The notes below the pieces were generated by a model. It searched no databases. It worked only from the letters and a program-made list of their open reading frames with translations, and was not told the DNA's origin. From Acinetobacter phage 133, in sequence record HM114315.1: DNA of 64,000 bases; one strand, given 5' to 3'. Made by a program: the position numbers and the translations under genes. The first letter of the stretch is position 1. Each line of letters starts with the position of its first letter. This document shows, one piece after another, positions 52,935-64,000 of this stretch.

Positions 52935-54736
52935 TGTTACAGGTTTTAGAAATTGGACAAACCGTTGACGACGGCACCGGAGATTATTTAAATCTAGGTG
53001 GCCGCAAAATCAAAGCTAACTTTGCCGAAGTATATGGCGACCTAGGTGATGGCAAAAATTTGTTCCCGGCTGGTGCTTGGCGAACATTGTCGGCTCCAAT
53101 GGTCAATACTGTTTTTGGTGGAGCCTTCATTTTAAATACAACCACCAATCGAATCGTAGTTAATTTACCAAAGGGTACTGCTGCAGATTATGGTAAACCT
53201 ATCAAATTGCGTGACACATACGCAACATGGCGGACTAATAATGTCACAGTGGTGCCTGCGGTAGGCGACACCATTAAAGGTAATTCAACACCTGTAGTTT
53301 TTTCAAATAATTACGCAGATCTAGAGCTTGTATATTGTGCTCCAGGTCGATGGGAATATAAGGCGAATACTCAAGTTGACCGTATTACATCATCAGATCT
53401 TTCTGCTGTAGCCCGTAAAGAATTCCTTGCTACCGCAGGCCAGACTGATTTCCTGGATATTTTTAACGGTCAAGAATATAATAAAGCAAACGTTGAAGTA
53501 TACCACCGAGGTAACTTGCTTTATTATGGAGATTCATTTAATGATAATTCGGACTTTGGTTCTGCTGGTACTGCTCCTACTGATTTGGTTGAATTGGATG
53601 GTAAAGGTATTCGTCTCCGCCGACCTTGTGTCGAAGGTGATTCTGTCATTATTATTTCTTATATTGATGGGCTTACTCAATGGCGTTCAACGTATAACCG
53701 CCTTGAACTTCGTGTACTTGATGAGAAGCTTACTAATGAAAAGACCTTAAAGGGGTCTGTATTTGTGGGGGATCTAAGCGTCATTCAGTCATTATCTATC
53801 AATGATTTTGGATACGATGTTTCGGCCGGTCTTATCAACCCAAACACATTTGAGGTACATCTTAATGGTGTATTCCAAACTGAAGCCGGTACTGGTGGTC
53901 TTCCTGCTGCGATCTGTGATGGGGCTGAAGCTGAAAACATGGCGGATTGCATTGCATCAGGTGGCAGTTGGGTCAAGTCAAGTGTTGATTATTCATATAC
54001 TCAAGACACATCAGGCAATATTGACCAAATCACATTTGGTAAACCTCTTGAACATGGGGACGTTATTACACTGAAATGGTTTAATAATAATATTGGCACC
54101 ACTTTAAGTATGGATGAAATTACGGATGAAACGGATGATCGTTACATTACCGCAGCCCGTGAAGTTCAAATTACTGGCGCTGTGCGAGTAACTGATTTTG
54201 ATAATCCTACTTGGCCTAATGTTGAGATGGTGCCTGAGTACACGTTGGATGTTAATAATGTCGTGTCATTGTTTGATATCCAATACCCGGTAGGATCAAA
54301 ATATGAAAACTTTATTAACCCTAACAACCCAGCTACATATAATGGTGGCTTTGGTATGTGGAAACTTTGGGGCGTAAGCCGAGTTTTGGTAGGTTGGAAT
54401 CCAGATGATTCCGATGCAATGTTTAACCAGAATAATAATGACCTCGATGCGCTTGGCAATCCAAGTAAACGAGCGGGTGGTACCGGTGGTACTCGTACCA
54501 ATACATTGACAAATGAAAATCTTCCGGTGACCCAAACCGATGAAAAAGTTTTGGTTTCTGATGTTAATGGCGGTGTAATAATTGGTGGATGTCAATTTGA
54601 TCCTGACGAACAAGGTCCAGCATACCAAAAGTATCGTGAAGACTACGCCATTACAAATAAAACCCATACGCCTCCTGTGGCTATTTCAAATGTCCAGGAA
54701 TACATGACCGTATATCGTTGGATAAGGATCGCATAA
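52934..54736 (+). CDS. 10: baseplate wedge protein gp10
   Basis: 600 aa; long collinear identity with T4 gp10 (VDDGTGDY, LELVYCAPGRWEY, ...TPPVAISNVQEYMTVYRWIRIA). Confidence 0.9.
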   Translation: MLQVLEIGQTVDDGTGDYLNLGGRKIKANFAEVYGDLGDGKNLFPAGAWRTLSAPMVNTVFGGAFILNTTTNRIVVNLPKGTAADYGKPIKLRDTYATWRTNNVTVVPAVGDTIKGNSTPVVFSNNYADLELVYCAPGRWEYKANTQVDRITSSDLSAVARKEFLATAGQTDFLDIFNGQEYNKANVEVYHRGNLLYYGDSFNDNSDFGSAGTAPTDLVELDGKGIRLRRPCVEGDSVIIISYIDGLTQWRSTYNRLELRVLDEKLTNEKTLKGSVFVGDLSVIQSLSINDFGYDVSAGLINPNTFEVHLNGVFQTEAGTGGLPAAICDGAEAENMADCIASGGSWVKSSVDYSYTQDTSGNIDQITFGKPLEHGDVITLKWFNNNIGTTLSMDEITDETDDRYITAAREVQITGAVRVTDFDNPTWPNVEMVPEYTLDVNNVVSLFDIQYPVGSKYENFINPNNPATYNGGFGMWKLWGVSRVLVGWNPDDSDAMFNQNNNDLDALGNPSKRAGGTGGTRTNTLTNENLPVTQTDEKVLVSDVNGGVIIGGCQFDPDEQGPAYQKYREDYAITNKTHTPPVAISNVQEYMTVYRWIRIA

Positions 54737-55386
54737 TGAATAGTAAAACTTTAAATCTAGCTCACAATTTTAGTCGCAACAGTGGGTTCCATGAATTTGA
54801 TATTGGTACGGACATTATGATTGGCAATAACTTGCCAATCGGATCCCTTAGTATTGATCAAACAATAAAGGGTGTCACGTATCCTAACGTCCAAGATGCG
54901 ATTAAAGACTTACAATCTCTTTATGAGCTACCAATAAATTCTGTTGTGATAAACACTGATGGTATTGAGCCGGGTTCAGTGTCGCAAGTTGATGTATATA
55001 AGTTCAGTGGAGTGGTTTCATCAGATATCCATAACCTTGGCGATCCAGTAGTTCTAAATGTATTTGGATTTCCTGTGGATGTATTAGTCGGAGACACTTC
55101 TGATGAAGTAAGTACCAAGGCCAAGGTTGTTTTGGATAGTGCAGCATTTAATAACATTGTATTTCGCAATATTGCTGCTCCAATTACATCAGAGCTTCAA
55201 GTAACATATATTGATCAAAAAACTCACATTTTGCCATCTTATACCAATATGGGCATCAAAATTGAACAAGTGATCACTTCCCCTTCGCGCCCAGGCTATG
55301 GATCATGGACTAAAATTGGTACTGCCGATCTTGTTTTGTCTGGCCAACCAAATACCACAGTATTTTATTTTAAGCGAGTTAGTTAA
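54718..55386 (+). CDS. 11: baseplate wedge protein gp11
   Basis: 222 aa; position and size match T4 gp11. Confidence 0.75.
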   Translation: MDKDRIMNSKTLNLAHNFSRNSGFHEFDIGTDIMIGNNLPIGSLSIDQTIKGVTYPNVQDAIKDLQSLYELPINSVVINTDGIEPGSVSQVDVYKFSGVVSSDIHNLGDPVVLNVFGFPVDVLVGDTSDEVSTKAKVVLDSAAFNNIVFRNIAAPITSELQVTYIDQKTHILPSYTNMGIKIEQVITSPSRPGYGSWTKIGTADLVLSGQPNTTVFYFKRVS

Positions 55387-56867
55387 TGTCAAATAATACA
55401 TATAAGCACACTTCTGACAGTGCACGGTATAAGGATTTTGATCCAGCAGGCACCGCGTTTCCTTCGACTGTGACTGATGTACAATCTGCCCTTGCAATGG
55501 CGGGGCCTTCTGTCCCTGCCTCTGAATCTGTATCAGGTCGTATTCAAATTGCGACTCTTGCCGAAGTTGACGCGGGTACAGATAACACAAAAGCCATAAC
55601 GCCGAAAACACTTGAATACCGAATGCAACGACCTGAGGCGACGACTACCGTTCGTGGTGTTATTCGTATTGGTACTACAAGTGAAGTACAGGCCGGCACT
55701 ATTAATAATGTGGTAGTGACTCCCGCAAGTTTATCGGGGTATTTTGCATTCCGTACTGCAACAGAAACTAGAAACGGTACTATTCGTATATCTAATACAG
55801 CTATGGCAATAGCGGGCACCGATGATACTACGGCCATGAGTCCGCTAAAGGTCAAGCAAGCTATTGCATCGGCGACAGCTCAGATCCCATCTTATGCTCC
55901 GGCTACTGAAACCACGCAAGGCACAGTCAAACTATCCACCTTAGGCCAACTTGAACAAGGACTACTTCGCGAAGGCGTAGCAGTGTCCCCATATTCATTG
56001 TCACAGTTGACCGGTAATTTAACCCGTCGAGGCATAGTTCGCGCAGCAACATCGGCTCAAGCTAACACTGGCACAGATGACAGTTTATACATCAGCGCTA
56101 AAGGGTTTAAAGAGTATGTGGCTAGTGCAACCCAAGTTGGTACTGTAAAATTAACCGATTCTGTTAAAACCGGTGCAGGCTTAGCTTTAAGTGGGAATGC
56201 TAAAGTTCTTGCATTAGATGGCACTTCTCAATCAGTCGCAGGTACTGTCAATTTTACAGGCACGCCACAACACAACGGATCCGATTTAGCGTCAGAAAAG
56301 TATGTAGATGACACTGTTATGGTCGGTTCAATGATGATGTTTTTTGGCTCGGCTATTGAGGGTGATCTATGGCAATTTGCTGATGGCGGTGCAATGTCAA
56401 AAGCCGCATATCCGAAACTATTTGCTCTATTAGGGTACAAATTTGGCGGAGCGGGTGATGTTTTTTATAAGCCCGATATGCGAGGACTATTTGCCCGCGG
56501 CGCCGGTGTAGGTAAAGACATCTTGGCGGCTCGTGGAGTAGACTTAAAAAATAAACCTCTCCTGGGTAATGACGTTTCTGGTGGCGATGTTGGCGAGGTG
56601 CAAAAACAACAATCTAGAACACATAAACACGTTGTTCCATGGGGTGAGTCATATGGGAATTCGTCATTTGGGCAAACTGCAACCCGACACTATGTAGGTT
56701 CGGGTAAATCAGACAGCAATAATCCTCGATTCTTTACAAACGAAGGTTTAGAAGTTGATGCCGAAGCACAGCGAGGCGATTACAATACATTGAATACCAT
56801 TGAATCTATGGGTCCTGAGACTCGTCCTTGGAATATGTCCGTTAACTATATTATAAAGGTGAAATAA
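55386..56867 (+). CDS. 12: short tail fiber protein gp12
   Basis: 493 aa. Repetitive TAxxGTD..A.TP motifs. Position matches T4 gp12. Confidence 0.7.
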   Translation: MSNNTYKHTSDSARYKDFDPAGTAFPSTVTDVQSALAMAGPSVPASESVSGRIQIATLAEVDAGTDNTKAITPKTLEYRMQRPEATTTVRGVIRIGTTSEVQAGTINNVVVTPASLSGYFAFRTATETRNGTIRISNTAMAIAGTDDTTAMSPLKVKQAIASATAQIPSYAPATETTQGTVKLSTLGQLEQGLLREGVAVSPYSLSQLTGNLTRRGIVRAATSAQANTGTDDSLYISAKGFKEYVASATQVGTVKLTDSVKTGAGLALSGNAKVLALDGTSQSVAGTVNFTGTPQHNGSDLASEKYVDDTVMVGSMMMFFGSAIEGDLWQFADGGAMSKAAYPKLFALLGYKFGGAGDVFYKPDMRGLFARGAGVGKDILAARGVDLKNKPLLGNDVSGGDVGEVQKQQSRTHKHVVPWGESYGNSSFGQTATRHYVGSGKSDSNNPRFFTNEGLEVDAEAQRGDYNTLNTIESMGPETRPWNMSVNYIIKVK

Positions 56868-58058
56868 ATGTTACCACACGTAGACGGGCTGCCAGTCGGC
56901 CCAGAACAAACTCGCATTAACTGGATTAAAAATGGTGACTTTTTAGAAGGAGCCAAAACTAGTTTAACCAATGAAGGCAATTTGAATGCAGCCGGTGTTC
57001 AATTGCAGCAGAATATTGTGTACCTACACACTCGCATGGAATTGGAGGGTACCTCATTTGGTTCTCGATTAACTCATCTTGAAAACATTGTGGATGAATC
57101 GTTATCGTTAAACGTAGTTGAGACGCTTAATCGCCATACTGTTGAAATTGAGACCTTGAATAACACCCAAACCGTTCAAGACAATCAAATCAGCTTAAAT
57201 CGTATTGATATCGATAAACATACCGAAATGCTGGGTCTACCTACCAATAATCCTTCAGGTCGTAATATAACTGAAGATGTCCAATGGGTTAAAGTTGAAC
57301 TTGGCAATTATCCAGAACAAGATATTAATGGCATGCCAGAACCTGGGGCACTCTCAACAGGCCTTAAACGTCGTGTATTGGACAATACCGCACAGTCAGT
57401 ACAAAACCGCAATGACATTGCAACTATTCGACAGGAGATCAATGACGCTGATTTAGGCACGCTCAGAAATGATGTTGAAGACCTTCGTGATGATGTTGGT
57501 ACAAATACACAGAACAAGACCGTATTCAGTCAATTGGATGAGCATAGTATTAAACTGGCAGAAGACGCTCAATCAATCCTTAAAATTAAACAGGATATTG
57601 GAGCAGGCGACGGTTTAACCATTAATGAACGTATGGGGAACCAAGAGACTGCATTTGCTGACTTGAAACAGATTGTACAAGCCCCTGATACTGGGCTGGT
57701 CGATAAGGTTGTTGATGTGCAAGAGCAATCTGATTTAACTGACGTCAAAGTGCAAGAAAACAGCACTGAGATTGGCACCTTGAAAACCACAGTAGGTGAT
57801 TCTACTACAGGTCTAGTTAAAGACATGACAGATGTCAAAACCAAAATAGGATTTGGATCTAATCCATCTGTGGACAGTCTAGAATATCGTTTTAACGCGC
57901 TCCAAGCTCTCCAAAATGATACGTCTATACAATTACAGGACTTGCAGACGGAAGTCGGTACGGCGTCAACTGGGCTCACTGGGGATGTACGTCAACTACA
58001 AGCTCAACTACTTGCATTGACTGCTCGTGTTGAACAACTAGAACAGGCGGGGCCGTAA
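56868..58058 (+). CDS. wac: fibritin (neck whisker) wac
   Basis: 396-aa coiled-coil-rich protein between gp12 and gp13. Confidence 0.65.
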   Translation: MLPHVDGLPVGPEQTRINWIKNGDFLEGAKTSLTNEGNLNAAGVQLQQNIVYLHTRMELEGTSFGSRLTHLENIVDESLSLNVVETLNRHTVEIETLNNTQTVQDNQISLNRIDIDKHTEMLGLPTNNPSGRNITEDVQWVKVELGNYPEQDINGMPEPGALSTGLKRRVLDNTAQSVQNRNDIATIRQEINDADLGTLRNDVEDLRDDVGTNTQNKTVFSQLDEHSIKLAEDAQSILKIKQDIGAGDGLTINERMGNQETAFADLKQIVQAPDTGLVDKVVDVQEQSDLTDVKVQENSTEIGTLKTTVGDSTTGLVKDMTDVKTKIGFGSNPSVDSLEYRFNALQALQNDTSIQLQDLQTEVGTASTGLTGDVRQLQAQLLALTARVEQLEQAGP

Positions 58059-58074
58059 GGTCCCTGGAGATACC

Positions 58075-58995
58075 ATGCGCAATTCAAATATTAAAACCGC
58101 ACACCAATTAAAAGACGACATTTTAGAACGCCTCGGTGCCCCAATTATTAACATCGAAGTAACAGAAAGTCAAATATTTCAATGTATACAACGAGCTCTT
58201 GAACTATATGGGGAGTATCACTATAACGGGGTTAACAAGTCATATATGGCTTTCCATGTAGACAGTGATGAAACATTTAAACATGGTGTGTTTGACCTAA
58301 GCAATGATAATGTGTTCGCTGTTACAAGTATTGTTCAAAAAACAGCCGGTACTTTGCTGACCATGGATGGTCATGGCGTTTATACGTGGTTTAGTGATTT
58401 TATACTAGGGTTGACCAAATTAAATGGCGGGTGCGGCAAGGGATTCGGTCCAAACGCATTTGGGGCAGATTTAGGATATTTCACTATGCTAGATCAACAA
58501 TGGTCAATGCTTCGTAAGATGTTCAACCCAATTCCTGACTATGCATACAACGATTCAACTGGTCAACTTAAGATTATGGGCAACTTTAAAAAAGGTGACA
58601 CTATCATTGTTGAAGTTTATGTGAAATCTTTTGTTGATACACATGCCTCCATTGGTGCATATGCCGGGTATGGATTTGCCGGATCCCAAGATGCAAACTC
58701 ATGGGGAGTTGGTGACATTTATCAAAACCCAGATCGTCAATTAGCTGGATATCGCGCAGGTATGGATAGTTCATTAGGTCAAGGAGCATTCAATAACCGT
58801 TGGGTTAAAGATTATGCTACAGTTCTAGTAAAGGAAGTTAATGGTCAAGTCCTAGCTAAGCACCAAGGAATGCAGTTGCCTGGCGGTGTTACGGTAGATG
58901 GTCTACGGCTACTCGAGGAAGTTAGAATTGAAAAAGAAGCCCTTCGGGAAGAACTGCTATTACTCGATCCTCCTTGCCCAATTTTAATAGGATAA
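58075..58995 (+). CDS. 13: neck protein gp13
   Basis: 306 aa; position and size match T4 gp13. Confidence 0.75.
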   Translation: MRNSNIKTAHQLKDDILERLGAPIINIEVTESQIFQCIQRALELYGEYHYNGVNKSYMAFHVDSDETFKHGVFDLSNDNVFAVTSIVQKTAGTLLTMDGHGVYTWFSDFILGLTKLNGGCGKGFGPNAFGADLGYFTMLDQQWSMLRKMFNPIPDYAYNDSTGQLKIMGNFKKGDTIIVEVYVKSFVDTHASIGAYAGYGFAGSQDANSWGVGDIYQNPDRQLAGYRAGMDSSLGQGAFNNRWVKDYATVLVKEVNGQVLAKHQGMQLPGGVTVDGLRLLEEVRIEKEALREELLLLDPPCPILIG

Positions 58996-58998
58996 CTC

Positions 58999-59754
58999 AT
59001 GTTAGATTCAACGCTATTCGCAAAGCTTGGGAACGGTACGGGATATGATAACACGAATGTGGCCAATATTCTTAATCCGTACGTGAATTTTCATAATCAC
59101 GCAAATACCCAAAGCCTGGCCGATACATTAGTTGCTGAATCCATTCAAATGCGCGGGGTTGAGTGCTATTACTTGCCCCGCGAGTTTGTTGATTTAGATC
59201 TAGTATTCGGAGAGGACCCATCTTCTAAGTTCACTAAAGCATGGAAATTTGCTGCCTATTTGGAATCATTTGAAGGATACGAAGGGGCTAACACATTCTT
59301 CTCTAAGTATGGTATGTCCGTTCAAGATGAAATCAATATCAGCATTAATCCTGGATTGTTTAAACATCAAACCAATGGGACAGAGCCTAAAGAAGGCGAT
59401 TTAATTTATTTTAAAATGGATAACTCTTTATTTGAAATAAAGTGGGTTGAACCATATAACCCGTTTTATCAAGTTGGACGTAATGCAATACGCAAAATCA
59501 ATGCCGCTAAGTTTGTTTATTCAGGTGAAGAAATTCAGCCAGATTTACAGCGTAATGAAGGCATTTATATTGATGATCATGCGGACTTGGATCTTGAACC
59601 ACTTAAGAATCTCGATGGTATGTTTGACATTTTAGATAAACCGTTCGAAGAAGTTAAAACTATAAATACAGAGGCGAAGGCCTATGTTGAACCATACGTA
59701 GTGCAAAACAATAGAGGCGAAGGGCAAACTAGTCCATTCGATGATGATTTTTAA
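58999..59754 (+). CDS. 14: neck protein gp14
   Basis: 251 aa; position and size match T4 gp14. Confidence 0.75.
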   Translation: MLDSTLFAKLGNGTGYDNTNVANILNPYVNFHNHANTQSLADTLVAESIQMRGVECYYLPREFVDLDLVFGEDPSSKFTKAWKFAAYLESFEGYEGANTFFSKYGMSVQDEINISINPGLFKHQTNGTEPKEGDLIYFKMDNSLFEIKWVEPYNPFYQVGRNAIRKINAAKFVYSGEEIQPDLQRNEGIYIDDHADLDLEPLKNLDGMFDILDKPFEEVKTINTEAKAYVEPYVVQNNRGEGQTSPFDDDF

Positions 59755-59763
59755 GGAATAATT

Positions 59764-60590
59764 ATGCACGGCAATTTTTATAATTCGTCTTTCAGGCGAT
59801 ACATTGTCCTCATGGGTGATCTGTTCTCACGAATAGAAGTAGAACGCCGTCGAGGCGATAAAACCCATTGGCAGCGTGTCCCAGTGACATATGCATCAAA
59901 AGAGCACTTTGTGGCTAAACTGGAAAGCAAATTTAGCATCAATACTGAGAATGGCGACGTTCCTAAAATTGATACGATCTTGCCGCGCATGAATTTGCAC
60001 ATGGTCGATGTTACGTACAATGCTCAAAAGAAAACAGGGATGCTTAATCGTAAAATTGTACAGAACCAGCATAAGCCGGGTGAGTTGGTATCCCAGTATA
60101 ATCCAGTGCCGGTTAAGATGATTTTTGAACTGGGAATTTATACTCGCCATCAGAATGATATGTTCCAAATTGTAGAGCAGATCATTCCGTATTTTCAGCC
60201 TCACTTTACAACAACAATTAAAGAATTCAATGGTCATGACCTTGTTATTGACCGAGATATCAATATTACCTGGCAGTCTATCGCAGTGGATGAAGATCTA
60301 CAAGGCGACAAGCAATCGGTGCGCCGCCTGGAATGGTCAATGATGTTTGAAGTGGATGGATGGATTTACCCACCCGTTGCCGAAATTCGGGGTGAGATTC
60401 GCACAATTTATTTGGACTTTTTCTCAGGAGAACGCGAGTTCACCGATAAAGCTGAATTTGAATCTGTTGATTTCCAAGTTGACCCAGCTGATATAAGTAT
60501 TGATGAATGGGATAAATTAGGCCGACCCCATGTTGAATCTGAAACCTCTAATACACCAATACCCGTGGAGCCAATACCACCAGGAGTGCG

Positions 60591-60594
<4 letters not shown>
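59764..60594 (+). CDS. 15: tail sheath stabilizer/completion protein gp15
   Basis: 276 aa; position and size match T4 gp15. Confidence 0.75.
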
Positions 60595-62898
<2,304 letters not shown>

Positions 62899-62933
62899 TT
62901 AAAATAACACCGTCGAGGTAAATATGACACTAC

Positions 62934-64000
62934 TTTCTCCGGGTATTGAATTAAAAGAGAATTCAACCCAAAGTACCATTGTACAGAACGCAACTGGGCG
63001 TGCGGCAATGGTAGGTAAATTCCAATGGGGCCCAGCGTTTAAACAGATTCAAATCACGAATGAAGTGGAATTGACTGAGGCGCTTGGTTATCCAGATGTA
63101 CAAACTGCCGACTACTTCATGAGCGCAGCCAACTTCCTGAATTACGGTAATGATTTACGCGTAGTTCGTGCTGTTAATGTTGAAACTGCTCGCAACAGTT
63201 CTCCTTTGGTAACGAACATCAACTGGACTATCACAGCAGGCGGTTCTAACTATGCAGTGGGTGACACCATTAAAGTTAAGTACATGCAAACTACTGTTGA
63301 AGATCAAGGTAAAGTTACTGAAGTGGACACTGATGGCCGTATTGTATCGATCTTCATTCCATCTGGCAAAATTGTTGATTACGCTCGTTCTATTGGCCAA
63401 TATCCACAACTCAGCGATTCATGGGTAGTTGAAATTGAATCTGTTTCATCAGGTATTTCAGGTGCAGTTTCTGTAACTGATATTATCACTGATTCTGGTA
63501 TCGTGCTGACATCTACTGACAAAGCAGCAATGGAAATTCAAAAACAAACTTTCCAGGATAAGCTTAAAAAATACCACATGCCTGCTATTGCGGCCGCTTA
63601 TCCAGGTGAACTTGGGGATCAAATTGAAATTGAAATTGTGTCAAAGAAACATTATGACACATCGATGACAGTTCCATTGAACATCTATCCAGCCGGTGGT
63701 ACTCGCTTAGCAACTACAAAAGCAGTGTTTGGATATGGCCCACAGACTGAAAACCAGTATGCATTCATTGTACGCCGTAATGGTGCAATCGTAGAACAGT
63801 ATATCTTGTCTACGTCACGTGAAGAACGTGATATGTACGGAAGTAACATTTTCATTAATGATTATTTCCAACGTGGTGCAAGCCGTTACATCTTCGCTTC
63901 TGCGCTTAATTGGCCAGCGGGTTTCTCTGGTATTATCCGTTTAGGCGGTGGTACTTCTGCTAATGCTTCGGTGACAACTGGAGACCTTATGCAGGCATGG
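62934..64000 (+). CDS. 18: tail sheath protein gp18 (N-terminal part; continues beyond the window)
   Basis: MTLLSPGIELKE...GKFQWGPAF...NEVEL...ADYFMSAANFLNYGNDLRVVRAVN matches the T4 gp18 N-terminus. Confidence 0.9.

Overview
The window is a T4-like (Tevenvirinae-type) myovirus genome segment with conserved T4 gene order. Reading the minus strand from high to low coordinates it carries a replication/recombination block: gp49 endonuclease VII, NrdH-like redoxin, gp55 late sigma factor, gp47/gp46 (Mre11/Rad50-like), rpbA-like, gp45 sliding clamp, gp44/gp62 clamp loader, RegA, a DNA polymerase gp43 that is SPLIT into two genes (43A at 10070..11602 and 43B at 5974..7152) separated by a ~2.9 kb insertion of 8 small genes (one a macro-domain protein), then Imm-like and small ORFs, an HNH endonuclease, and UvsX. 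From about 19.5 to 33 kb there is an accessory region of small hypothetical genes. These include a Pol-beta-type nucleotidyltransferase, a DksA/TraR-like zinc finger, paralogous membrane proteins, a run of secreted proteins with an SLT-like transglycosylase, two GIY-YIG homing endonucleases, and a 76-aa release-factor GGQ-domain homolog that lacks the GGQ. A large minus-strand tRNA cluster follows (at least 16 tRNAs, about 34.7 to 37.8 kb). Then come 57B (Acb1-like 2H phosphoesterase), 57A, gp1, gp3, gp2, gp4 on the minus strand. On the plus strand lies the baseplate/neck/packaging late block: gp53, gp5, 5.1, 5.4 (PAAR), gp6 to gp12, wac, gp13 to gp17, and the start of gp18. Recognisable T4 late promoters (TATAAATA) sit upstream of gp9 and gp18. 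Several intrinsic terminators and a thrice-repeated intergenic element are visible. All protein identifications rest on my recognition of T4 homologs and motifs in the supplied translations; no database search was run.
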